Assembly (NCBI GenBank): GCA_011109175.1
Contig: RDEW01000041.1
Coordinates: forward strand, 186,001-250,000
Direction of reading: 5' to 3'
From: Dicyema japonicum
Lineage: Eukaryota > Animalia > Dicyemida
DNA length: 64,000 nt
The notes beneath the pieces are model-generated. The model was not told where the DNA came from, searched no databases, and saw only the letters and a program-made list of their open reading frames with translations. Shown one piece after another: positions 35,216 to 47,029 of this stretch. Made by a program: the position numbers and the translations under genes. Every line of letters begins with the position of its first letter. Within the stretch, counting starts at the first letter, position 1.

Positions 35216-36055
35216 TATTATTAAAAACCAAAAATCACCGACAAATTATATAACTACATAGCCGTCAGGTGATTCCGGCCGCCTCGAGTAGCTGTCTCAC
35301 TCTTGCTCGGTGTTCTTCCCGGGTTCCAACGCATTTCCGGATTGGGCGGGGGTTTCTAACTTTTTGGAGGGTAGTAAGGCTCCAGTTTTCCTCACTAATT
35401 CCTCAAAAGGTGTAGGGTTTAGAGGTGTCCAAGAAAACCTTTGCAAAGCCTTACTGGCCATTTTTTGGAAGGTATTGATTTTTTCTATATTCCTGTTTGA
35501 TAGGTTGGTTCCCCATGCAGCACACCCGTAAGTTAGAGACGGTTGAATATACTGCACGTAGAGCGAGTTCTAAAATTGAGTTGAAACACCCATTATATTG
35601 TCCAAGGAGTGTTTTAACAAAATTTAACTTTCGTTGTGCCAAAGAGATGACGTTGTCGATGTGTTTGCTGAAGGTCAAGAGTGGGTCGTAAGTTACGCCC
35701 AGTATCTTGACCGAGTTGGTCGTGGGGATTGAGTTTCCATTTATGGTTACACATGGAGCGGAGTTTGTCAATCTTCTGTTTGTTGTGAACATTGTTGTAT
35801 AAGACTTTTCGGGACTTGTATGTAGAATGTTCTTAACGAGCCAACAGTTCAGATCGTCCAATGAAGCTTGTATCCGGTAAACAGCAGTATTAACGCACTG
35901 GTCTTTGACTGCGACGATTATATCATCCGCATGTCAAAACCAGAGTATCGTCACTGGTATGGGAGGGCATATCATTAAAGAATAGGTTGAATAGGTGTGG
36001 TGAAAGTGGAGATCCTTGAGGGACCCCATTTGGAAGGAACTTGGTCTTAATTCGT
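35216..36055 (-). mobile_element. 5'-truncated Ingi/Vingi-like LINE with stem-loop tail
   Basis: LPNGVPQGSPLSPHLFNL, ADDII, KILGVTYDPLLTF and YGCAAW. Confidence 0.88.
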
Positions 36056-38110
36056 CTAGGTCGTCCCCCGTTTTGAGCTTTTTTTTCCTCCGCGGAAGGG
36101 TTTGTCGCAACTGTCAAAGAAATCTTCCATCGCTTTGTTAGCGGGTGCGTCCGGGTTCATTCGTAATACAGATCCAAATAGCCTCGACCGGGCATCTATC
36201 ACATCTTTGCTGATGTACGAACACATACACATGTTGTAAATACCAGTGGTTGATATTCTACGTGGCCACTCCATTCTGAGTAAGCTTCTTAGTTACCTTC
36301 TATGGAACGAATCCAGTTTCGTTAGTTCGTTGAAGGAACTTCCCCAAGTCCCAGCGTTGTACAGTAGGACTGGTTTCACAAAAGCGTTGTAAAACCTGCA
36401 TTTGATGTCAATTCCAAGTCCTGTCTGCGGTTAGTGGTTAGTTAGCTCCTTCGCGTAGCCCTAAATGGGTTTCGCTTGAGTCATTCTTTACAGCCATCCT
36501 CGCCTACGCCATCTTGTTTCTGTCTTCATTCGAACATCATCCAGCTCGTCTGCTGTCAGCAATTTACGACCGATTGTCTCGTAATCATCTTTTAAGCAAA
36601 TTGGAAGTGTATTTCTTGGTCTGCCTCGAAATCCGTGACTTCCGGCTCAGTAGAAGTATTCTTCCATTATTCTGTAACACGGCGTAGTCGGGTCCAGTCA
36701 AGAATATGTCCAAATAGTTGCCATCTCGATAGAATAACGTCCATGTTAATTGGTGTAGATTTACAAAGAGCATTTAGTTTCCCGTTTGAGATTTTTCTCG
36801 GCCAGAAGATTCAGTCAGTATGCGAAGTTGGCTTCTTTAAAAAGTGTCTAGCCTCTCTAAATCGTTTTTTGAGGTTCCCCATGTCCGGAATTGTATATCA
36901 GTATTGCCTTGATAAACGTGTCGCATAGTCTGACACGAAGTTTCAGTGTACACTCTTTCTCATCCAGATTGTACATTTTTGAAGTATACGGTAGACAGCA
37001 TTTTCCTTCGACAATATCCTCGGCGTCACCTCGAAGTGAGCCTAGTTTTTTTGTATGTCTCCAGAGTTCGTCATTTCTTGATTTGACTCTTTCGATTCGT
37101 GTGTAGTCCGTTTTTGTAATATTTATGCGCAGATCCCATTTATTTAAAATAATTTCGGCTTGGACTAAAATTTGGTCACGTGGACTTTTCTGGTCAGTCT
37201 ACATCATCCCCGTGACTACATTCAACACAAAAAGTCTACATCATCCGCGTATAACAATTCAATTATATCTTCGTATTTAGAACCCATTTCCTTTCTCAGC
37301 TCCCTGAGGGCAGCTTGAGGTATATGTGAATAGAATTGGGGATAAGGAATCACCTTGTGGAGTTTCCATGTTGATACTGAAGCTCTCTAAATGCTTAGTT
37401 CCAATTCTCACGGATAGATCAGTTTCAGAAAGTAGTATACTTATTTGTTCAGACAGTCTTCGTTAAGCAGTTCCTGTAGAACACCCATGAGTTTTTCTCT
37501 GTTGATGCTGTCAAAATCCTTCGTTAGATCAATTCCTAGGATGTACTTTCCTGTAGGTTTGACATATTGATGTAAGCCAGCGATGACTCCACGATATCCG
37601 AGGTAGACCTTCCACTTCTAAACCCACTTTGACTTTGGAAAGGTATTTTTCCACTGGCTCTCGTATACGGTTAAGCACTATGATCTATAATGTCTTCCTG
37701 ATAGTTAACAGTAGAATAATATAATCCACCGATCCCTTTTTTCCCAGGTTTGTGTTGGAATTAAGACTCTATGTCCTAATGGAAGTGAACAGTGAAGTTC
37801 CATCGACTCGTTTAATATATCCGTGATTATATTCCCAACAATAACCGGAGCATGTTTTAGTAACTCGCACAGGATGCCATCATAGCCAGCTGAACGATTG
37901 CCTTTTAGGTGTATGAATGCATTTGTTACTTTTTTATTGTAATTTTGTTTGTAAGAGGTCTTGGATTTCCAATAATTTAGTATATTCACCCCCAACTGAA
38001 TTAAACTGTGCCTCGAAGTGTTTGGCAATATGGTTTGCTTTATCCTCTGGGTTTTGTAAAAATGTGTTTGGCAATATCCGCAGATTTTCATCGGCTTTTT
38101 CGCAGTTCCT
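36056..38110 (-). mobile_element. RTE-clade LINE fragments (two nested 3' parts plus RT)
   Basis: SAGYDGILCELLK, GFRSGRST, GIDL..FDSINR, PQGDSLSPILF, YADDVD and RLFGSVLRM...PA; TAAC tail at about 36430. Confidence 0.8.
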
Positions 38111-38719
38111 CGTGTAAGTTATTTAACAGGAGAAAACATTAGTCTTCCATACTGACAGTTTTCAATCTCAGTCGCCAGATCGTCCAAATAGTTCTTTTTA
38201 AAAGGGAATCAGCACCAGCTTCCAAGAGACAGTGAGCATTGTCCCGGGTGATGGGGATCCTAGAATAAATTGAATTATTATATTGTTCAGACCGGGAACC
38301 AATGTTGGGGCAATTTATCTTGAATTCATTTTTTCTCATTAGACCCTTGGCAGTGAAATTTCTGAATCGATGGGAGTCTGATTTTCGAACATTTGGACGA
38401 TCTTCATGAACGCTGCTGGCTATTCGAGCGATTTTCGCTCCTATTGTGAGAGGAAATACCCATAAGACTTTATTATTCTTAATGATAAAAGTAAAAAACG
38501 ACCCCGTCTGACTTGTCTACCTCATTGGACTTTTTTGTCCCTTCTGCGGCTGACATCACTTGGGATGTTATATATGACTTCATACCAACCATAACCCAGC
38601 CATGCTGAGAATTCCATGAAAACAAAAGTTAATTCATGGAAATAGAGGATTTCCGTTCGATCGATGCTGCCGTCAACACCTCAAATTCATTCTGATAGGC
38701 AACCCCCAACGTCATTCGA

Positions 38720-39745
38720 TTCTATTGACTCTGAAACACGAGCCTCGTTCAAAATGAACTAAAAAACTTTGATGACAGTCAGTAGGCGTCAGTGGAAGAA
38801 TTTCAAAACTACATAAAGAAATGAGCGCAACGTCACGACACAACGAAAAACGCTGAAAATACGTTCTTAAAAAACTACTAAAATTTTGAACAACAACAAA
38901 CCACTCAACTGATCCCCCTCGACTAGTCTCCATAATTTGAACATTGTCACATATTTTGAAAAAAAATGTCTTGCAAAAAATTTGTCTGTCCCTCGTATTT
39001 CCTGCTTCACAGTGTGGTTTCCGTGCAAGACACTCAGGGGCGTTCGATGTTAAACACCAAAACTCAAAATGACGATACCTCTCACCAAGTATCCTCATTT
39101 TACAAAATCCATACAGACCTTCCAACTTCAAAACCCTAAACTCTATCCTTTTATCTCACCTTGACGACCTCATCATTACGGCGAGACTTGATGAGGTGAC
39201 ATGAACCGTACAAAAGATATTAAACATGGTGGGTCCCTAAAAAAGGCTTACCAGGTAAACCACACGTAATAATTTTTTCCTCTTCAAAGAAACGAAAATA
39301 ACGTCAATTTGAATGATTCTCCGAACTCCACCAAGGAGACCTTCTCAATCCTCAAAGTCACCCTTGACCACTTTTATCATTCAAAAGAAAATGAAAATTC
39401 TTAGAAATTTTTGTTATCTCAGGTATCTTCCATCCCCCGTTAAACTTCTGCACAAACAATTTCTTTTGCCTCGCATCGTTTCACCATGGATTTGACCGCT
39501 CTCAATAGTGATCAAGAGCAAATTGGAGGTGACACAGAGCCGATCTCTTGGCATCTTTTGTGATTCTAAAAACAGACTCCCACCTCGCTGCTACGGATAC
39601 GTTTAAACGCCGTACCATCAATGATTACTTCACGAAACACCAGCGAGACTTCTTCAAAATGATAAAGTCTATTAAACACCCCCTAGGCAAATTTCCAAGG
39701 CATGACCAGACAGGGGGATGTGTAATTCTCAAAACTTAGATAAGT
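38720..39745 (+). mobile_element. Decayed LINE RT
   Basis: Residual PISL, GFRA and HLDDLII motifs; paralogous to 26540-26920. Confidence 0.6.
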
Positions 39746-39810
39746 TATTAAAATTAAGTCTGAAAATACTGCACAATCAACCATATAGTCAGTGGTTGTC
39801 TCCAATATCC

Positions 39811-40564
39811 TCATTTGGGGGACCAATAATATTTATTGTCGGGTAAATAAAATGGATAAAGGATATATTGGGGGTATGATCGGCTAAATATATTCAAATT
39901 ACTACAATAATTTGAGAATTGTTCCTCCCCAATCGCACGTGATTCTCCGGTTATTAAAAATAGCTCCGTTTTTGTGAAAGATCGCATTTGCTGCGAACAC
40001 GTGGTCGATAAAGCTAACTCTTAGTAGAGATTGTACGTTATAAAGCAATAATTACGTCCTGGGAATGTTTTTATCTCTAAAATACGCCCATATTCGGCAA
40101 AACATTCTCTGATTTCATCATCACTCACGTGATATCCCAAATTCCCCACGTAGACTTTGGAGTTGAGGATGCCGAAGCGGAGATGACTTCCTGGAGATTG
40201 TTCCAATCTACAATAAAGCTATAACGACTTCTGTTTTGAATTTTCGCGTATTTAACTCTAATCTGCCTTCCCCCAACTTCTTTACCGTCCATTTCTCTTA
40301 TAGCCCGTTGTTGTTCCTAAATTACTGATCTCCCGTCACCTCTTTGGTGGAGAGAATTCTATGAATCCGTACATTATGTTGCTATTAGTAGCCAGTCCCT
40401 TCTAATCCTGACTTCTCTGTTGAATCTAACTTTTATTAGCTACTTGATTGTTCCGATGTGTTTGAAATTGTCCCCCAGGGTATCTTCCGTGACGGTGGAG
40501 GCCAAATCTCCGACGAAAACAGTACGGAGGACACGTTCTAAAATAAGTAAATGGTATCTTCCAT
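39811..40564 (-). CDS. TIA1/TIAR-like RNA-binding protein (two RRMs visible plus a Y/P-rich tail); 5' structure uncertain; frame breaks present
   Basis: TVFVGDL...YGFIEF...AIREMDGKEVGGRQIRVKYA, then KVYVGNL...FAEYGRILEIKTFPGRNYCFITF...AANAI...TCDWG, resembling TIA1 RRM2 and RRM3. Confidence 0.72.
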
Positions 40565-41369
40565 TTAAACACCACTATACACAGCCTGTAATAGACTGGA
40601 TTATACAGCTGCGTTTGTTGGAATATTACCATGTAAATATACGATCAAAATGAGATAAAGCAATCACGGAAAGTATCAAACATAGGGGAATACTACTAAG
40701 TACCCGTCATTTGTTCTCAAAGTATGAGTAATCTTGATATGGCAAAACAAATAAATAGAACCGCAAATATAATCAAGCGAACATTTCCAAAATAAGGACA
40801 CTAACCTATGTTTGTACTGGACATTGTGGAGTATATTGAAATAGCGATATTGACCCATACTTTTTATATTCTCTCGTAGCCACGCTAATTGGTGTTATGA
40901 GTAAGCAATTCCTCAAATCACGTAGAAGCTGTCGCCAGTCAAGCTAATATGTCAAAGTTACCTCAACTGTGATTAATACATGTCATTTAAAGGCTGTGAG
41001 AATCCAACTATTTTCGATACAGCACACACATTTTAACTTTACGGGTATTAATAATTGATTATACAGTGCTGGACACAGACAACATACTAATTTAAAAATT
41101 CAGTCTATGGATGTAGAAACCTCGAGGCTGATTAGTCAGAACTCCTTCATCCTCTTACATTATAGTTGATAGTCAATAGTCAGGAGGAGAAAAAACAGTC
41201 ATGAAAAAAAGACGGCTGATAAAGGGATTTCCACACAAGTCAGTAGAGGAGCTCAGCACGAGAGCAACAACGACTGCACTTTTGCGCATAGCCATGTTAG
41301 CTACAGCTCCGCTCAGACAGGGCACACTTTATTTAAGCAACGAACAGTTATTGTAACTAATCGAAGAGG

Positions 41370-41552
41370 GAGAACCAAGGAATGCTCTTCACTTTTTGTA
41401 TGTCCCTTATAAACGATCCAGCTCCTGAGTGAAATTTTCACTAATGACGGACGGGGTTATTCGTCAAGCACAGACATCATTTAAATCAGTGGGATTTGAA
41501 CAGGGGCCATCATGCCTACACTCGCTACACAGCGCAACCCGCCCAGCAACCA
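41370..41552 (-). mobile_element. Divergent tRNA-derived SINE, copy 4
   Basis: B-box-like TGTTCAAATCCC, core TTGACGA..CCGTCATTAGTG..TCACT..GGAGCTGGATCG, and tail AAGTGAAGAGCATTCCTTGGTTCT shared with 8120-8295. Confidence 0.65.
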
Positions 41553-41778
41553 CTATATGAATAATAATTCTAAACTTGTGCTTATTGTTTCACATCTCAA
41601 TTTTATTTAAACAATCGCCACCACTAGATAGTGCAAGGAGGAAAGATGTATGGAAAAGCCAGTATAACAGCACAAGCGGAGCCCTAATTATCATGTGCTT
41701 ATGGGAAACGCGGATGCTAACTACCAGTCAGATATTATGAACTAATAAAAAACAAAAACCAATAAAATAGTAAAATAA

Positions 41779-42684
41779 TCAATTTCGTGGTCTAAATAAT
41801 AATAAATAATACTTTGCGATTTCAACGGAAATAACCATATATCCATATACCTTCCCATTAAGATTAGTTAACACAGAATTCATCATACTCTCACGTTCGA
41901 ATGTAACATAGGCGAATCCCTAATAATAACACCACAAATACTCTAGACTTCTTTGTTACACTATCCATTGGCATCTTCACTCGGGTTATCTTTATTCCCT
42001 CCAAAGCTGTTATCAGGTTTACCAAGTCTTCCTCATAACAATCAGGGGAAGGTTACTTATTCGTACAGAAAACTCTGACATTATACAAATCATTACCACG
42101 TGACCCTCTTCTAAAGTCATCTACACCACTTTCTTCTGTTATTCCCAACAGTTTCTTGTGAGGACACCCACTAGAAGAGTGCTCCCCTTCACAGTGCTTG
42201 CAAACTAGAGAATTGAAGAATAGGGAGATGGTCTTCTCTGTTTGCTTGGCTTCTGCCTTTTTTCCTAAACTCTTCAGATATGTAGTTCATTGGCATTTCT
42301 ACCCCAATTGAGTAGAACTGTCCCCTGATTTTGAGACAGAGTTCTCATAGACTGCCCATTCCTATATTCACAGCGATTACTATACCCTTCTCTTAATGAC
42401 AGATGGAGGGACCTTCATTTTGTTTATTTTGTATTGTCGGGTTATCTGGGAGTTAGCAATGAGGACACCTTCTTTGTGGTATTATCGGAGAACTTTACTA
42501 TCCTTGTTACTTTGATAGTCCCCTTTTCCTCGTTGTAGGTCGTCACTGGTTCTGCCAGATCATGTTCTAATAATATTAATGGAGAATGATTACCAAAGTA
42601 TTCGTCAGATTCCTATTTAATTTATATAAATTGTACTTCATCATAATCTCGATCAAAAGTACGAGTTGCCACTTCAGAATGCAT
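41779..42684 (-). CDS. EIF3G: Translation initiation factor 3 subunit G; seven introns of 21-27 nt; two homopolymer frameshifts
   Basis: KKITRQYKI..KVPPSVIKRREW, zinc knuckle CKHCEGEHSSSGCP, and RRM SVRISNLP...TKKSRGFAYVTF...LNGKVYGYMVISVEIAKP. Absent from the ORF track. Confidence 0.9.
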
Positions 42685-42861
42685 GCTATATTATTTAATT
42701 ATTTTTTATTTTTTTAATAACTATATATAAATTGTTTTTTTTGAAAATAATAACGTATGGTCATTTATGTCCATTTGATATTGATATAACACTGATAATT
42801 TATAGATTATATGAGGTTAAGGTCACGTGATTCATCTACATGGTGACATTACTCACTAGTC

Positions 42862-44244
42862 CAGGGGTCACCAACCTTTTAAATCAAAGAGCCAATTTTT
42901 GGTTTTTTGCAATTAAAAAAATTGAAGAGCAACTTTTAAAAATAATGAAAAATAACAAAATTATATTTAATCTAATTAATGAGATAATTGGCCCTGCATT
43001 TCCTTCCCCAATAGTGTTCTAGGTTGTAACTTGTCATTTTAAGTAAAGAAAAGATTCCAAATTTGTATCAGTAATTTGACTCGGCACATTGCAAGATATC
43101 TTAATAGTTCTATTCGCAATAGTTTTTGCGAATAATGGTGTATTTTTAATTTGATTTAAAATCTCTGTTTTATTCGTAAAATTTTGGAATAATTGTTGTG
43201 ACAATTTTAGAAAACAGGATTTGCTGTCACCACCTGTGAATGGTTTTCCCATTTTTGAAATCTCATGACTGACGATGAAGCTTCTCCCCCTTTTCGTTGC
43301 TCTCGATAACACTATAGTGATTCGATTCAGGTGGCGTCCCATACTAATGGCTTCTTTTCCTTGAACATAAATTTGCAATTATATATGGCCACTTTCCGTC
43401 TTTTCGGTCTATACTAGTGGGTTCCAACTAGTGCATGTGGTTGCCGCATCGATTGCGATGGCTCCCAGATGAGATCTATAAGCCTTCGAAAGGACACCGT
43501 CCCAGGTTAAAACAATAGGTATGACTTTGACTGGAGCACCATAAAGTAGCTTGAGCTCTCCAACCAATAAATCGTACTTATGGAACTTTTCTACTTCAGT
43601 GTTCTTCAATAACCCTTGAGAGGTAATTCCGATAAGTAAAATTTCATTCTTCACTTTATCGTGGACAAAAATATCAGGTTTATTGAACCAAATATACAGA
43701 TTTCGCTTACTGAGCTTCTCGTAAATTTTGTGAACTGGTACTGGATTTTCAGTCGTCCGAATTAGGGTAATGTATTTTCAATAATTGCTTCAGTAGGAGG
43801 GTCACCAGAATTTGTTTTTGCTTTTGCGAAAACAGACATACAAGGTGCCACGTAAAAGAAATTAATTAAATTAAATTAATTCAAATATTAGTCTAAAATA
43901 TTTTTTTAAAAAACCATTTTGGAAGAACACTATTTTGAAAATGTTTTTATTGTAGATCAGCGAAAACTTCAGAGTCACGGAGCGGTCGACTTGTGGGAAA
44001 CACAGAACCGGACCTACTACTCTGGAGGCCCTCATAAAACTAAACTTCGGCATGCGGGAGGTGCCCCTGCAAATACAGTCAGCCGCAAAGTACGAGCTTG
44101 CACGAGGAGGAGCATCGGGGAAGGATGAGGATTTGGTGGAACGCATCGGGATCACGTGATAGCTAGTTTGGTTTTACATGGTGTTAAATAATTAAATAAA
44201 TAATCATTTGCGATAATTGAAAGAGCCACGGTTGCCGACCCCTG
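42862..44244 (-). mobile_element. Deleted hAT (Charlie-like) element with nested insertions
   Basis: Termini CAGGGGTCACCAACC and GGTTGCCGACCCCTG. ORF 43034..43378 has SHEISKMGKPFTGG...TPLFAKTIANR. Flanks CACTAGTC/AACTATAC match at 5 of 8. Confidence 0.8.
43400..43700 (-). mobile_element. R4/Dong-like RLE fragment nested in the hAT element
   Basis: NKPDIFVHDK...IGIT...EVEKFHKYDLL...VIPIVLTWDGV. Confidence 0.75.
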
Positions 44245-44254
44245 AACTATACTA

Positions 44255-44700
44255 TGAGGGATCTTGCAGGTAACTCGCATCGCTTCCTCGCTAAACCGAC
44301 ATGAGAACTGTAATGGCAGCAGTCTATGTGGATGACATCGTAATTTGGGATCACTTGTGGAGACCCGATGTCACATGCCGTAGTATGCAAGCAGGTATGG
44401 ATTTTATTACTGAAATGAAACTAGAGAACTCAGGATGAGACCTGATAAATGAAGGTTGTTAGTTTTTACCTACCTCAAGTGGCGTTGTATTCTAACTCCT
44501 AATGTGACCGCTTCTGAAGTTCTAGTAGAAGTCAAAGAGATAATAAACTACCTTGGGGTCACATTTAACTCTATAGTTTCTCAGAACACATTGACCTCAT
44601 AAGAGGCTGACGTGTAGCATCTAGGTGCTCTTCACACTTTTCATTCGAGAAAAGACCCTAAGCCAAAGTGTTCAACCCATGATGTTGCCTTCGACGGTGT
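44255..44700 (+). mobile_element. LINE RT fragment related to 52945-54290
   Basis: MAAVYVDDIVIWDHLWRPDVTCRSMQ. Confidence 0.7.
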
Positions 44701-45171
44701 ATACTCGAAGATCCTAGTGAGGAAGGGGTGAACAAATCACGTGCGATTCAATATTTTCTTGGATTTTTAAAGATCTAGAAAGGATGAAACGACTTTTTTT
44801 TGTCTCTCCATTTTTCATTTCTACGCGACTTCGTTTGATCTCGATAACCTCTGTCCTCGAGGTGCTCAAAATAGGAACCACTCCAGTGCTACTTCATGTG
44901 GTTGCTGTAACACTTTATTGGCTTCTTCGTTTACTATCGTGTGATCAACTTGTCTCAGGCGGGGTCTAGTGGAGGGTGCAAAAAGTCACTCACCCTTCAC
45001 TTTTCTTCCCCACTTTACTGGATTATTCCTTGGAGGAGTTCCTCGCAGACTCATGTTCTTGGAAGGACTAGCTCTACTTCTGCTACATGAAGATTGGATA
45101 CGCTTAATTATTGTTAACTTCCTTCTCAATAGTATATAAACACGACATTAAGATTATTTTTTATAAAAAAA

Positions 45172-45632
45172 TTATTGTGGTGATTCAATTTTTTCTAGAC
45201 AAGTTAGTTGGGCAGTAAAGTTGAGACATCCATTGACAATGTTATTTTTTCCATAATAGTGCATCACTACAGCTTCTTCCAGTCCATACTTTCGCTTGTG
45301 AAAATATATCCCATCTCCTGCTGAACCAAACTGACTGCCTTTGGATCCAATGAAGATCTTAGATCTCTTCCGGAAGGCGAAAAATTGGAACCAGCCATCT
45401 CTCGCTTGTTCAACAGGAACGAGAGTGAGAATTTGTTCAGAATCGTTTCCTGGCATTTTGTAGACCAATTTTGCTTTTAGACAAGGAAATAAGGCCAGGA
45501 GTTGTATTTGAGTGTCTGGCAACGGAACAACTGCCCTGTCCAATGGATTCTTTAGTATTTCTGAAGTAAACATAAAACTCTACCGAAAGCAAAGAAATAG
45601 GCAAGAAATATTCCTAAGAATGAACTGATCAT
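45172..45632 (-). CDS. Small secreted orphan protein (about 145 aa): signal-peptide exon, 23-nt phase-1 intron (45561-45583), mature exon
   Basis: ATG after an AT-rich leader, MISSFLGIFLAYFFAF, intron GTAGAGTTTTATGTTTACTTCAG, then the intact frame of ORF 45172..45573. No recognised domain. Confidence 0.72.
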
Positions 45633-45689
45633 TGAATTATTATTTATTTAAACTTTTATGTCCTCGAGTAACCGTACTTAATTTCCATA

Positions 45690-46470
45690 ATTGGAAATTA
45701 TTTTTTTAATTTCCTTCTCCTCCTCAAACGAAAAATCGTAATTCCGTCTCCTCCGTCCATGTCTGGGGCTCCAGCGTAGAGGAATGTCCATCAGACTTGA
45801 ATGACGTTTTAAAATATTCTTAGTAACTTTATCCAAAGTTCTACTTGGTGGGTCAAATATAAAGGAAGGAACTAATAATATGGCAAACGTTACAGAGAAA
45901 CAGTATACGGTTTCTGCACAGAACCAATTATACCTGTCGGATCTCTAATATATTTTTGGATAAAGAACATCTTAAAACTCATAATGAGGTCAGATTTTCA
46001 GTATCCTAAAAACATAGATGAGGAAGAGCGTTTTCACGATGTTCTAGCTATATTCCTATAGGTGCGTCAGAACCAGTAATCGCATCAATTACCAATTTTA
46101 TTGAATCCTTAAAAAATCTTTGTTATGAAAAGGGAATTGAAAACCCGATATTTTTGATAATGCCTGTATTTATTATAAGGACAATCTCCACCCCTTACTT
46201 GCCACTTCTAAATCAAATTGAGAATTTATTCAGCACATGGAAAAACTATGTTTCCAGAAGAGGTGCTGAAAATGAGAAAATTAAAAAAAGTTTGTTTTTA
46301 CGCTTAAAAAATTTTCCCTTAAAATTTTAGTTAAGCTATTGATCGGGAAAGTTAGGCTATTGGTAGGGTAACCCTATAATTTCGAGTAAAATATTCGAAT
46401 TATTAAAATTTCCAAAAAAACTGCACTCTTCTTAAAAATTTGGTGTCATAATCTTTTAAACAAGGTCATG
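45690..46470 (+). mobile_element. Decayed Tc1/IS630-type transposase remnant
   Basis: Frameshifted DNA(x)I and PY.PLLNQIENLFSTWKNYV motifs of the DDE domain. Confidence 0.6.
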
Positions 46471-47029
46471 AAGGTTTATTCTTCCGTGAGTTTTATCCCT
46501 GGCCAGAAAATTGAGAGTCCTTCCATTTCTTCCATCAAACCTAAACGCAACCACAAATGGCGTGCGGAAGGCGATTCAAAACCAACTTCCAGCGGTCCAG
46601 ATGGTATCTCTACTATAGTATTAAAGAAGATAGGCCCTTATGCTATCATGGCCCTGATCCGAATATCCAACCTCTCTATCAACATGAACTCCATCTCTAC
46701 CCTATGAAAGACGGCTGAAGGACTCGGTTTTTCTTTTAGCGTGTTCACAGTAGGAAATGCAATCTCTTATAGTTCTCTCAATAAAGATTCTGAGGACACA
46801 TCTTGTCTCCATAAAGTGTTGCCAGAGATCCTTCTCACACATCCTCTACGACACAGTCTCCTAATTGCAGGCTTTGTGATCCCTCTGAATGTTATCGATG
46901 AGGATCTTCTTGAATTGCTTTGCACCTGACTTTCCTCCTTTTCCACCTTTACCTCGACCAGACATTGTTTACCCGAAACCTAAACAACTTTATTAACCGA
47001 CCGGATTAGGAGTTAGGTTGAGGGTTTTT

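Noticed and set aside
38139-38339. Ankyrin-like LLEAGAD in a short ORF
   Set aside because: A single isolated motif amid transposon debris, with no TPLH motif or repeat periodicity.
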